Shown here one piece after another: positions 12,849-26,632 of a DNA stretch of 64,000 nt. The notes beneath the pieces were generated by a model. The model worked only from the letters and a program-made list of their open reading frames with translations, had not been told where the DNA came from and ran no database searches. The DNA comes from Callorhinchus milii. Taxonomy: Eukaryota. The position numbers and the translations under genes are program-made. The stretch is from assembly GCF_018977255.1 (NCBI RefSeq), contig NW_024704742.1, forward strand, positions 18,416,001 through 18,480,000, written 5' to 3'. The first letter of the stretch is position 1. Each line of letters opens with the position of its first letter.

Positions 12849-14292
12849 AACATCCCTAGTGTTAGTGATCTCCTCATGAGAGTCCACAATATGATTATTA
12901 TTCAATGCATAGTCACGTTTGGTATTTGTCCCAGTGTACAAATAACCTTTTAAGTGACGGCACAAAGGTGAGACTGGATCTTATTACTATTACCAGAATA
13001 TATTTTGTTCCCTGGTAGATTTTTCAGATATACATTGGTGTAGTTAAACAGATATCATAGTTCTTTGGTTCATTGAATTTGTCTGCATCTTGTCTTGGTC
13101 TGTAAAATGGTTTTGAGCACAGCAGATGATGAGGTCTAAATAAGACACAAGAGGCTTCAAATTCTATCTAGTCATAGTTTGTAAGATGGTTTGTCCTAAA
13201 ATGTAAACCCAGTCCTTTTTAAGAACTGGAAAACTAGCAAATAAAATAAGATTGAATTTAAGAATTTTCCACAGTTCTGTGTACTCTTAAATTTTAACTC
13301 GAAGAGATCATAAGAATTGGACTTTCGGACCTTAAGAAATAAAACATAGAGAAGCGAGATAAAGAAAGGAAAGTGTGGAGAGAGAAGCAGCTATTAAAAA
13401 GGAAGTGAGTTTACAGAACTTTTTCCATAATTTTTTGCTTTCAGTAAAATTTTGTCAAACTTAATGTAGTTAAATTAAAAAAAACAAGGAAATGATACCT
13501 TGATTTGGATTGTACCAAACTCTTGGAATATAAACATTCCCAGTTTTGTTCGTATGAAGTTAATAAGTTATAGAATATATTGTTTCATTGAAATCTGTAG
13601 TTAGTTATATTGAAGTCTGGTTCTTTGCGTTTTTCTTGATTATTTATCCCAAATAAATAGATTCAACACTTACCACTTATAAATCGGTTGCATTGAGGAG
13701 CCCATTCATTGCATGTGTCTGCAGCTGACCAGCTCGTTTGTCACTTGCGGATTGGCTTTCCATGGTAAAATAGGAAACTTCTGGTTCACTTGTGGTTCCT
13801 TACTCCTGCACAGTGAAGGGAGAAGTGATGTCGGTGGCAAATTAATGACCATTTTAGCCAAGTTCTGGGTTTTCACTTTACCTGTGTGCATAAAACATGA
13901 AGTGATTTTGCAGTGACCTGCTGACTGGGAAGGTGTCTATTTATTTCTCTTTGCACTCTCTGCACAGTAAAACCCACTTTCATGCTTCATTATAACACGG
14001 GGTGCGATTTTAAAGATCCCAAATGGTGCAATATAATATGTCTGCAATATGATGTGTCCTAATTATATATTAGGATATAAATTTTACTTTTTGAACTGTT
14101 AGCAGTAGGCATGTTTTACATTGGCTTTTATGCGATTGCAACAGTGATGGTTGATAACATTTATTAATTTGAAACCTATTTTACAAGTACAGTTGGTTCA
14201 GCAATGGGAAAACAAAGGCAGCAAGTTGCTCTGATTGGAATGTTTTGATGAAGTTAATGCTTTGTTTTAAAAAAATATCATGTGTAATTTAG

Positions 14293-14490
14293 TGTGATGA
14301 ACTTGGATGACTTGACCAGAAGGGGCCTTTATCTAAGTGATATCCCACTGCATGACGCCACACGTGATCTGGTTCTGCTCGGCGAGCAGTTCAGAGAGGA
14401 GTACAAGCTTACACAGGAGTTAGAAATCTTGACTGATCGACTGCAACACACCCTTCGAGCATTAGAAGATGAAAAGAAAAAGACAGATAG
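14293..14490 (+). CDS. GUCY1B1: sGC beta-1 exon (ex9 equivalent), coiled coil
   Basis: ttag|T...AG|gtaag, 198 bp; [25 protein letters not shown]...EDEKKKTD. Confidence 0.98.
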
Positions 14491-14736
14491 GTAAGCTAAC
14501 CAGCATTTCAAACAACATTTCAAAAAAAGGCGGCCTTTTAATAAATGACTAGCTCCTCCAAACAATAATAGTTTTGAGTTGGAACCGTTGATTGGGATGA
14601 AAGTTTTTTTTTAATGTGTATCTAAGATCTTAGAATGCTTTGCTGATAGTGAATCTCACTGTTTAACATTGGTAACAAAGTAGAATTCCGTGCGTTGAGG
14701 TACCTTATTCCAGTAAAACATTCACCTGTTTTTCAG

Positions 14737-14974
14737 ATTGCTCTATTCAGTTCTTCCCCATTCTGTTGCCAATGAGCTGAGGCACAAACGCCCCATTCCT
14801 GCGAAGCGGTATGACAACGTCACAATACTTTTCAGTGGCATTGTCGGATTTAATTCTTTCTGCAGTAAACATGCCTCAGCAGAAGGGGCCATGAAAATCG
14901 TAAATCTTCTCAACGATCTTTATACAAGGTTTGACATCCTCACAGATTCACGCAAGAACCCTTACGTGTACAAG
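14737..14974 (+). CDS. GUCY1B1: sGC beta-1 exon (ex10 equivalent), start of cyclase domain
   Basis: tttcag|A...AAG|gtgagt, 238 bp; [16 protein letters not shown]...[11 protein letters not shown]...NPYVYK. Confidence 0.98.
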
Positions 14975-15585
14975 GTGAGTGCAGAATTCTTGTGTTTCCC
15001 CAACCCACCACCCCTCCCCCCCCAATCAAAACGGCAGATATTACAACAACTTGCGTTTACATGGTGCCTATTGCACAGGATAGCGTCTTAGAGCACTGAA
15101 ATGAAAAGGTTCCACTTTCTTTTTTCTACTGGTTCCCGCAGACCCATTTGGGAAGTGGAAGTAAGTTCGTTGGATGATAAAACGATTCTAAACTGCTTTT
15201 TGTCAGTAAAAAGTAAGCCATTAGTGATTGACTTGATCAGGGCAATCTTCAATGTATCTCTGATCATCAGAGACAGAAAATGACAGCATGATATACTTGC
15301 CAGCATTCTTCAAAGTCCTTTAGCTCCCAGCTGAATAACCTTGGCCACCTCTCTCAGACAGTTAAACGTTTTGCATTTTATAATGTTCTTTTGGTGATGC
15401 CCAAATGCCCAGTATCCGAGCACATAATCCAAAATTATAATTTTCTTAAACTTTATAAACTATTAAATTTATTTGACTGCCAAAAAGGAATGTGAAAGTC
15501 TAACTAATCATTATCTTAAGAAAACATGGATCAAATTTTTAATCCTGGCAAAAACTTTAATGCTCGCTTAATACTCATGAAACCA

Positions 15586-15772
15586 TAACAATAATAATAA
15601 TCCTTGCATTTGATATAGCGCTTTTCACGTCGGGAGGACGTCCCAAAGAGCTTCACAGAAGACACTGTAAAGTGAATTGACTGCATGTTTGTGGGTGAAT
15701 GCGGCAGCCAATTGGGCACAGCAATGTCCCACAAACAGTCGTAGATTGAAAATGACCAATTTAATTATTGTT
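15586..15772 (-). mobile_element. 5'-truncated copy of the same SINE
   Basis: Reverse complement of about 12670-12848. Confidence 0.85.
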
Positions 15773-18206
15773 AATTAAATTATTGTTAAATAAACCATAG
15801 AATTTATAGCACAGAAGAAGGCCATTCAGCCCTTAGTGCCTTTTGATTTAAGCTGCATATAGAAATTGGTAGTTCGGACATTAATGTATTTTGCATATTA
15901 TTAACATCTATTTAAATAAACAAGTGTAGGCTTAATTGTGTAAAATTATCAGAGAGTGAACTGAAATCATCAGTTGAGACAAATAATATGGGATGTGTCC
16001 CTTAGTACATTCTGAACTTTTATATAACCTGAGCCATCAGTGTATCTGCAAGAAGCACTAGGAGCAAGATTTAAGTAACCACTAAATTAGAGTATGTGAA
16101 CAGCAGTGAGCGATGTCTTTTATTTGAGTGGGAGACCAAGCCGTTAACTAAGGCTTCCAATGAGGCGACCTTGTTGTTTTCCATTACCTCCAAGACTGAC
16201 TTGTGCACAGTTCGCTGACCAGTGGATTATGGATGTCAGAAATATAGAAATATGCCAATTCTGCCCACCAGACTTCCCAACTCCTCCCTCCACAAGCTGC
16301 AGATCATCCCGAGCTCTGCAGCTAGTGTCCTCTGCCACACTAGGCCTCGAATGGCTCCTATCCCCAGAGAATTGAGTTGAAGATGAATGACCTTTGTTTA
16401 TACTTTGGGGTTTGTTGACTAGGACACTGAAAGAAACACCCTAGGTCACAGGGCTATCTTTGTTACAGTTTCCTGCTTTGCCCTACCATTACATAATAAT
16501 AATAATTCTGACACTAGATTTTATTGGCTTAAATATAGTTCAATACAATGGTAGAATATTCTTATACAACATATTCATTATATCTGGCCATTTAGGTTAG
16601 GCTTCGGAGATTAATTACCAATATACATGTGAGTTATTGATTTTTAAATTTGCTGCCCATTTTAATATTGTTAAATGCATTTACTATTCATTAGTTTCAT
16701 ATATTTAAAAAGATGCATCGCTGTTACACTATTTGGCACAATGTATGATTCACTTGAACTCTATCAGTTAATGCTTCAGTCAGTATACAGGCAATGAAAT
16801 CCCTAAAGGAAATATTAGAAAGCATTTTAGATTAATGGATTGGTCTTTGTTTAGAGCAGTATATTCGTTGTAATGTTAAAGAAAACCTTTTATAAATTAA
16901 TATGTCCCTTGGTGCTTTTTTTTTAAGCTGCAGTTTCATGTCAATACAACTTAACATCACACCCATCACAACAGATAACAATCACACTAATGAATTAAAG
17001 TATTTTATTTATGTACATTGACCATAGAAATAAATCTGAATGTGGTGCAGAAGAGTCTAATGCACTTATGCATAGGGGGAATATGGTTTTAGCTAAGTTT
17101 CAGTGTGAACCCCATTCACTATGCAGGCACACAGCCAGTCCACTTGTTTCACGAGGTCACAAGATTGGTTCAGATCGTAAGACCCTTTGGCTTATCTGAT
17201 CCCATCCCTCTAGAACACCCACCGTACCATACTCCCATCACAGCATCAAGCTGCTTTTTAAATGTGTCCTGTGTATTGGCCTCCACCACCTTTCCTGGCA
17301 ACCTGCTCCACCTTGTGAGTAAAGAAAGACTTCCTGGTGTCTCTCCTGAAATTTCCCTTTGCAATTATAAACCTATATCCTCTTGTTCTATTGTCTTGGT
17401 GCATCCTAAAGTAAATCCTGCTCACCGGGCAACTTTTTTTTTGCTAAAATAGCTGACATCTGGGTCATTAGGTTGCCCCAATGGAACTTCTTGTTTCACA
17501 TATCTGAAGCAAACAGGAAATGATGTTGGCAGGCACCTAATGGCTTCGAAATTGACCTTTATTTTAGGACAGGAACCAGCCAGTGTGCAGGAAGTGAGCT
17601 GGCTGGTTGTACGTGCACTGTGAAATGTGGCTCACTATAATTTGTAGATATGAATAGCAATTGCAATGCTCATATTATTACTATTTCATAGATCAATATT
17701 ACAATCAATTTTAAAACCCCCCACAAAAATCCATCTTAAATGATCTAAACACATAATTTTGGAAAGAATTTGTTTTGACGCCACTACAGAAATTTTCTAC
17801 AAAGCAGACATACAGTACATTCACGTGCAAATGTTTTCTGTGTCTCTGGTTAAATCCCCCAAATCAAGAAACAGTTCTGTTAATTCACTGCACATTATAT
17901 ACAGCATTAGGCTATGTGAACCAATGTGAACTAGTGTGACAGAAAAATAAGCTGTCAAACCTAATCAGCTGATTTTCAGAAGAGACACCAATGATGAATC
18001 CAAGTTAGCTCGTCTCAATACTTAGCTCTTTGGCCACACTTTCTGTCATCTTTCCTCTCCCCACCCTCTTCAGCTTCCACCCCTCAATTTGGGTGCCCAG
18101 CCAGCAGTGCAAAGTATTTTGAGGGGTCTTGCGGATGTGAAAGGTGCCATATAAATGTCAATTGTTCTGTTAACCAACATATAAAAGGGCATGTTGTCTT
18201 ATCCAG

Positions 18207-18347
18207 GTGGAAACAGTTGGTGATAAGTACATGACTGTGAGTGGCCTGCCAGAGCCATGCGTCCATCACGCTCGCTCTATCTGCCACCTTGCTCTGGACA
18301 TGATGGAGATAGCAGGACAGGTGATGGTAGACGGGGAACCTGTTCAG
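18207..18347 (+). CDS. GUCY1B1: sGC beta-1 exon (ex11 equivalent), cyclase domain
   Basis: ccag|GTG...CAG|gtaagt, 141 bp; [47 protein letters not shown]. Confidence 0.98.
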
Positions 18348-18689
18348 GTAAGTTATGGAAAATTTAATGTGTGATAAAATCACACATTCCTCCCGACATC
18401 CCGGTCACATGCTGCAGACATTTATCATGAATAACAATAAATAATAATCCTTGCATTTGATCACATGGCGGAGCCATCTCAAAGCATTTCACGGAATTTA
18501 TTGTAAAGTGCAGTGTTTCATATTTTGTAGACAAAAACAGCAGCCAATTTGTGAATTTGTGAAACATAGCAGCCATGATGTGAATGGCCAATGAGTATTT
18601 GCACATCATCACAAATTCCATATTGTTCTTTGCACTTGTGCATTACAGAACCCATCTGTGTACGTCACAATTGGGAATTGATTGATGGT

Positions 18690-19400
18690 TTCCTGATTGG
18701 CTCCCATCGTCACCTTCACACCTCAGGCACTGACAGCATCACCATCCACGGTTGCACACTTCACCTTCATAAGCGAATCCGGAACCTTGGGGTCTTGTTT
18801 GACCCTCAACTATCCTTTCTACCCCACATCCATGCCTTGAACACTCTGCCTTCCCCCACCTCCGCAACATCGCCGGGCTCTGCCACTGTCTCACACCGCA
18901 GGCCACTGAAACCCTCATACACGCATTCATAGCATCGAGGCTTGACCTTGCAAACTCCCTGCTTGTCGGCCTCCCTGACTACTCCCTCCATAGGCTGCAG
19001 ATCATCCAGAACCCTGCAACCCGTGTCCCCTCCCGCACCAGGCTCCATGACCCTGTCACCCCCTCGTCGCCCGACTCCACTGGCTTCCCATCACACAGAG
19101 GATACAGTTCAAGATCCTGGTCCTTACTTTCAAAGCCCTCCATGGCCTTGCTCCCCACTACCTCTGCGTCCTCCTAACCCCCTACCATCCTGCCAGCTAC
19201 CTCCGCTCAGCGGGCTCTGGCCTGCTTCATGTCCATCGCCGCTTTGACCGTGTTTTCGTTTACCCTGCTTCCCCCCTGCCCTCCATCCTCCCCAATTCCG
19301 CCCCCCAGCTCGGGTCTGAAACACTGACTGTCCAGAGCCTTGGGACATCCTCCCAATGCGAAAGGCCCTATACAAATATAATGTAATGTTGTTGTTGTCA
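18690..19400 (+). mobile_element. 5'-truncated L2 with tail
   Basis: LIGSHRHL...[17 protein letters not shown]; 3' stem-loop and (TTG)n. Confidence 0.85.
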
Positions 19401-22400
19401 CTTTAATAGGAATAGGCAGTCCATATTTGAACTACATGGTAGTGATATTAACTGGTCAGTCATGGCTTTGCGTAACCATTTTTCTCTTGTTCCTCTCTTC
19501 CATCATTCCTTTGAAAAGTTAAACAACACGCTTCATAGAAAAATTAGTGAAACTTTATTTCAAGTTTGTAAGCTTTTAAATCTTCCATCAAAAGATTAAT
19601 ATAGACTTTGAAACCATAGTAGAAAATAATTTGATTTAGTTAGCCGAACATTAGCGGGAATGCCAACATTCACTCCAATGTTTTTGCAGAAATTTATCAG
19701 GACAGCTTTTATTAATTACATACAAAGTTCTTTTGAATGATAAGATCTTTATGATAGAACTTTAGTCTCAAAAGACCAGTTTTTTGCCAGGATTGAAAAT
19801 TTGGATTTTAACATTGTTTTTTTAACCCTGTGAATGTTGAAGATTTTGCCCAGTAGTTCTGTGGTTCATAGGATATAGCAAATTGATTGGGTCTAACTGC
19901 TTATTCTAATTCTTATCTGAAGAGATGATGAGACAAAATTACATGATGATGTGCTCCTGCTAGATTTCGCTATGTGTTTGTCTGTGACAGACAAGTCTGT
20001 CGGCTTCTTGGACATACCAAAACAGCAGCATATTCCACCTTAGTTGAACAATTGGATCCAAATCGGTGTTTTGCCAACAGCTTTGCCAATGCCTTTGCCA
20101 ACATATTTCAAATTATTCTTTTCATTATTATAAATTCTGAATACAAGAATCAGAAACTTAGAAAACATCTATCATAATTGACAAATATATTGTACCACAT
20201 AGCATTGCTGTTTATGTGGTGAAGTTTTAAAGCTGAGAATATTTCTATTTCTGGAAACATTCTTGCACTGTTATGTCTATTCAAAACACACTTGTATAAC
20301 TCTACTTTTTACAAAGCGTTATCGAAATTATTAAAGTTACACCATTTGGTCCATGGCTCCTTTGCTCCTTCTGTAGCAACTCAATATCTGTCTCTTTTAT
20401 GGACTTCACCCATCACTCTGTACAGGAATACCAGTATTGCACAGATACATCCAAACAAGCAAAAGCACTTAGGAAAAATTATTCATTTTCCCATTTCTCA
20501 ATTACCGTCTAGTTCTGATCTCCTTCCCTCCACATGCAACTCCTATGCTTCAGGAACTCAGAAAACATTACCTCATTTGGGCAGAAATGACTATTTTGAC
20601 TGGGTTTCTGAGTCATATATCCATTATCTGTGTGAAAAGATCCCTATTCTAATCTATTTCAAATATTCAGCCAAAGTAAGGTAGTTAATGAAATAAGGAT
20701 ACAATTTTGACTACGTTATTAAGGAAAGAGGCATACCATAATGATTGTCTTTTTAGAAATCAGATACTTCCTGAGATTTGTAATACTGTCTATTTTGACT
20801 TCTTGATGACTTTTATATGCAAGGATTATTATATATTTTTCCTTGAACAGTGAGTGCTATTCATTTTTGGGTGGTTGTGGCCTGAATGAGTCACTGAGTT
20901 ACTGTTGGTAATCGGGAGATGAAGTGCTATCTGTGCCATTATCTTCATGGCCCATCAGTATTAATTGTATGTTATCTTAGCTCAGTCATATTCAGTCTCA
21001 AAAAGATTTCTGAGCCAGGACCTCCAATGATGTCATGACTGTTCATACTGTTTATATTCTTAATATTCAACAATTGAAAGAACAAAGAAAATGGATTTTC
21101 TCGTTAATCATAATTATTTGTGAAATTTTGATTGCTTTAAAAAGTAGTTTTGTTGCGTTCATTACTGTTGATTATTTCCTGAATAAAAACAAATTGCATT
21201 TATCTGGAGCCTTTCATATCGGGAGCACACCCCAAGGCTCATGTAGATATTCCATCAGTTTGAGGTTATTTGATTTAATGCCTAAATCTGTAAACACAAA
21301 GTAATCATTTTCTACAAGCTGAGTCTGCACATCAGCATTGTATATTGTAGTACAAAATATAATGATCAATATATATCCAATGTTAGCACAGATAGGTAGA
21401 CTGGGATTCTCATCGATTCTAAAGACATTGGATGAGATAACCATCTTCCTTTCCCCCTTCCCTCACACCGAGACAGCACGATAATTGCACATCTATATCT
21501 GTAAGGGACTGCAACAGTAAGTTAGAAGTTGTCGTGGTCAGCAATCCTCCAGATAAAATTGGTTATTCACTTCATGGCTGTTTGTGGGACATTGCTGATG
21601 CAACTTGACTGCCATATTTATCTCCGAGACCCTAACCTTCGTGAACAGTGCTATATAAATGTACGTTGTTGTTGTTCAAAGTCCAAAGTCACTACACTCT
21701 TCAGTAAATCTTTTGCAATTCTTTTGAGACATTTCAACAATGTGATAATATACTATATCAAATGAAAAGCTTATTATTATTTTAGTTAAGCTAACACTGA
21801 AGAAGCAGTGCCCTAACTACAGGTGAAGTTTTTAATATTTGGTGATTGAAGTTAAAAAAAAATGTCTGCTATCTTCTTAAACAATGTTACAACTTAAAAG
21901 CAAAATAGCTTCTTATTAGAGATCAACGTTTATTACATTCAATATCCAGCAAAAGAAAATCCATGTTACGTACAAATTTGATTTTTAAAATTATAGTTAC
22001 TGTTTGCACAAAACTAATTTTAAAAATAAACCCAAATTGAGAATAAAAGTTTATAAGTTACATTAAAGACATGTTTGGAATTGAAGACTAATGCTTCTTG
22101 AGCATCAAGAAGTATGTGCATAAATCATAATATTGTTTGCATGTTGTCCAATAAAGGCTCCATCATCTTCAGCTTTGCAATGGAAAAAAATAGTGACAAG
22201 CAACTTAAAAGTGTTACTGTGGCGTGTGCCAATAATATTGTACCCAAAATTATGACTGTTTGATATGCTGAGATGAAACAGCTTTTAAGTGGTGTCGCTG
22301 AAGGAAAACAGACTGCTTTTTTCCTTCAGGGATTTATTTTTAGTTCTTGTTTTTAAATGGTACCGCATGATTTAAACCACTTTAAATTTTTCTTCAGTCA

Positions 22401-23134
22401 GTGCCAGAATTTTGTTTTGCAATGTTCATCAAAGCATATTTTTAAAATAGTTTGTTTACCAATAAATGCAATTAAAAATTTAGGATTACATACTCATCTC
22501 GGACGGAAAATGCCCTGGAAGTTTCATTGAAATCACTAATACAGCTTAATAAGAATATAAGAAATGCTAGACAAAAAAAGACCAAGGTCCATCTAATTCG
22601 CCTTCCACCATCCTGGCGATTGCATGCACATATATTCCAAACTACTTATGTACTATACCCCATAATGTGTGTCTGGCTTGTGTCTGGCTTCTGACACAAA
22701 TCTCAAAGTGATTTAAACCTGTTATGACGCCTACTCTTTTAAGTAAAAGCCTCATGAAAGGAATGAAAGGAATAAAGCTACAGGTTCCATCTTTGAAGAT
22801 TGAAGTTGCTAAGAGTTGCTGTTAACTATAACAACTTTGACATTAGGAAAATCCCTCTCTTGCACTGCTGGTATAATATAAAACATCTTACCCTACAGTT
22901 AATGCGCCCCTCATTACTAACCTCCATTCTCAGGATGCATCACGTCTATTCCAGTTTTTTTATTATCGGTACTATAATGATCAATGTTTCACCCAATTTA
23001 ATTCTCATCTTTCCTCACTAGATTGTTGTATATGCTCTTCTTAACCTCATGTCCTCTCTGTGTAGCAATCAAAACTCACCACGCCATCTCCTACTTTAAA
23101 TAATTCCTGTTAAAACTCACCCTCGACATCAACT

Positions 23135-23378
23135 AACATAGGAACATAGGAACAGGAGTAGGCCATTCAGCCCATTGAGCCTGTTCCGCCATTTAATTAG
23201 ATCATGGCTGATCTATATCTTTACTAGAATTTCAATTTCCCGCTTTCCCCACATATCCTTTAATACCGAAAATCTGTCAATCTCTTGCTTGAAGGTGTGG
23301 ATGGATCCAGCATCCACGACCTTTTGGGGGAGAGAGTTCCAGATTTCTACCACCCTTTGAGTGAAAAAATGCTTCCTA
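23135..23378 (-). mobile_element. CR1 3' end fragment
   Basis: aacataggaacaggagtaggccattcagccc...; similar to 51170-51420. A + strand relative lies at about 32995-33170. Confidence 0.75.
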
Positions 23379-23758
23379 AAATGAAATAGTGAAATAGATT
23401 TATTTAATTATTCCTGCTACTCTATTCATCCTTGTTGACACACTAATATGTTGGCTTGGATCCCTCACCTTGATTTTTATGTTCTTGTCTGTTTGTTCTA
23501 AATTCCTTTTAAATAGCACTCAGGTAATTCAACTGAATGTCAAGCTGCTTTGATGTCAAGAGAAGTAATCTACCATCACTGTTTCAAATACGTTGACAAC
23601 ACACTGTGGTCTCAGTAACCTGCAAACATTTCTATGTGTACACAACCATGCAATACATAAACTCCTACATTTTACATATGTGTCACAGTTTCCTAACTCG
23701 ATTGCTGCTGGTGTGCCAAGATATTGCATAATCTTTAACCTTTTTTTTCCCATTTCAG

Positions 23759-23913
23759 ATTACCATCGGGATTCACACTGGAGAAGTGGTTACTGGTGTC
23801 ATAGGTCAGAGGATGCCTCGCTATTGCTTGTTTGGAAATACTGTTAATCTAACCAGCAGGACAGAGACTACTGGAGAAAAAGGGAGAATTAATGTCTCAG
23901 AGTACACATACAG
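23759..23913 (+). CDS. GUCY1B1: sGC beta-1 exon (ex12 equivalent), catalytic signature
   Basis: ttcag|ATT...AG|gtgag, 155 bp; [51 protein letters not shown]. Confidence 0.98.
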
Positions 23914-24930
23914 GTGAGGGATATTAAGAATATGCTTTTTTTCTAAAAAATATTTTAGATATAAGATAACATTTAGGCAACAGTAATGCTGTTGTGAGGT
24001 ACAGCTGTCATCATAAACCACAAAAGTAAAACTTGAATAGCTGCATGAACAATACAGTTATCATCTCGCGACAGTGGGGTCTAATTTGTTACATTTTGTA
24101 GTAAGCAATCCTTGATGACAATAATAACAATAATCTTTCATTGATCTTATTCAGAATTCAATTGAGAACTTCTCAAAACATTCCAGAGAGTTTGCTCCAA
24201 AGTAGTGATTGTATTTTTAGGCAAATGTGGCAACCAATTTACCCACAGCTATGTCCCACAAACAGCCATAATTATCATTCTTTTAATCTGGGGAACTGTT
24301 AGTAAAGACACTGGGAGAAATTCCATCTCTTTTCAAATAGTGCAATGGGATCTTTAGAGTCCACCTAAATAGGCAGACAGGATCTCCATTTAGCATCTCA
24401 TCTGAAGGATAGCATCTTTGGCAATGCAGCACTCCCCAGTAATTCTATTGTAAAATCCTGCAAATAACACAGCAAGATGCCCTTATTTTAGAAACAAAAT
24501 CCCCTTTTTTCCATACTTGAGCAAACTCAGTAATCTATAACTACAGAGTGAATTGCACATTTGAAAAAAATCCTTTTTGCAAATCAGAATTAAGATTTTA
24601 CTAACTCTAAATCGTAAACTGTAGAAAATACAATTTAGATCTAATTTATTTTGTACAATTTCTACAGAATCAAGGTAAGTAAAGACTTAAAACCAATTTC
24701 AAAAATCAATCAATCCTGGTTCAAATAAGGCACCGCTCATACCTACAACCGAGATCATTTAGCCAAGAATGTGTCAACCCTAGCCTTCATTCCTACCTCC
24801 AGAAAAGCAGAAAAAAACATATAAATTTGCACTTCTCTCACTTTCTTGCCTTTGGCTTTCTGAGTTAGCTTTTAATGCTGAAGATGAAATATGTGATTGA
24901 TATTACAATATAGACTTTTTTTGTAATTAG

Positions 24931-25063
24931 ATGTCTGATGGGTGCAGAGAATTCAGACTCACAGTTTCAACTGGAGTACAGAGGTCTGGTTAGTATGAAG
25001 GGCAAGACGGAGCCAATGAAGGTTTGGTTTCTCTCCAGAAAATGCACTGAGACTGAAGTGTGA
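24931..25063 (+). CDS. GUCY1B1: sGC beta-1 probable terminal coding exon, ending ...RKCTETEV*
   Basis: ttag|A TGT CTG ATG...; [43 protein letters not shown] then TGA at 25061-25063. A weak donor GAA|gtgtga after 25057 is an alternative end. Confidence 0.9.
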
Positions 25064-26247
25064 CTCATCCAAGAACAATGCACTTGGACCCGAAACACTG
25101 AAAATGCAAAACTTCTTTAATATATTGTGAAGCGTTTACTTTCAATGAAGGACATTTTTATAAATTTCCAATGAGTAGCAAGATGCTATTTAATCTTTAA
25201 CATTGTTCCTCTTATTTTTATTCTATCATGAGAATAACTGACTGACACCAGCAAACCCTTTTTTTAAAGTAGTTGTCACAAGTGAAGTCTCGCAGTGCCA
25301 AGATTGAGTGCAAAGTGCTGAAATATTTAATTAATCATACCAGGAAACAACCTGCCTCTAGATTTTTTTTATTGCATGCCTTTTCATGACATTGATCAGT
25401 ATTGTTTTTAACTGTCACTGATGGAATTAACATGACTGAACACCTGACAGACACGGAAAGTGCCAAACTAAATTCTTCCCATTCACTAAAGCTTCTCAGC
25501 CTAGTTATAGTGGTAACATCCAGCAATTTGAAGTTTACAAAAATGTCAGAATGTTGTTTGAAATTATAGTTGTAATTAATGTCTGTACGTCAGTCTGTAG
25601 TCCTGCTAACAATGATACAATTTCATTGTTCACCTCCTCCCCATTCTATGTTAATGGAAACAATGACTTTTACTGATTTCTAACCTCAAAACCTTCTAAC
25701 TTCCCAATAGTATCCACTATTTTACATATACTTCCAGGTAGATTTCCAACATTCCTGTTCCACATACTCATAGAACAATAATTAACATTATGTTCACTGT
25801 ACTTGACAGAGAAATGAGTGTTTTAAGTCTTGGGTTGTATACCATACTACTGTTGTAACAAGGTTAATCCAATGATAATTCAATGTGTCTGTCCCGTCTA
25901 TATTGCATAAACATTGAAATCCGATGTCTTTAATTTTTGACTTGTTAAGGAGCCTTCTTAGAGTTCTGTGTCTTTGTTAAATGTATTTATATAAATTACC
26001 AACATAAAAAATAATATAACAATAATACTTCAAATATAGAGGATTCATTTTTCGTGAAATTACTTTACAGTTAGTCAACATAAACGCTATCCTTGTGAAA
26101 GATTTGTTCAGTATGAATGCACTAACTTATTATTACTAGCTTATTTTAATAACACATTTTAGCCACATAAGGCACACAATTATATTGGGATGGCAGGGAA
26201 ATTAGTGGGGGAATTTTAAAAGATAAGAGTTAAGCAGATTGTTCCTT

Positions 26248-26632
26248 ATTACAACAACAAATTACAATTGGATAGCACTCTTCACGTCGGAAAGACGTCC
26301 CAGGGCACTGGACAGTTAGGTTTTTCTTGGACCCGAGCTGGGAGTTGGGGTCATGAGGGGTGGAGGGCGGTGAGGGGGAGGTGAGGGGCGGAGTGTAGCC
26401 GAAGGCACGGGTGAACAGTGAGGACTTTCGATGGGACTTGAAGAAGGCAAGAGAGTGGATGAGGCGGAGGGATTGCGGGATAGAGTTGAAGAATGTGGGG
26501 GCACAGATGCTGAATGCCTGACCAGCAATGGTGGGGTGGGAAGTGCGGGGGACCTGAAGCAGGCTGATGTCTGCAAAGCAGTATGAGCAGACAGCTTGAT
26601 ATGGGGTTAGGAGGTCGGAGAAGTAGGGGGGG
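26248..26632 (-). mobile_element. L2 3' end
   Basis: PTIAGQAFS...NSIPQSLRL; tail (CAA)n on +. Confidence 0.82.

Noticed and set aside
19974..23021. Short 60-130 aa ORFs in the long GUCY1B1 intron, and similar ones across the window
   Set aside because: AT-rich, often with non-ATG starts, no recognisable domains; consistent with chance ORFs.
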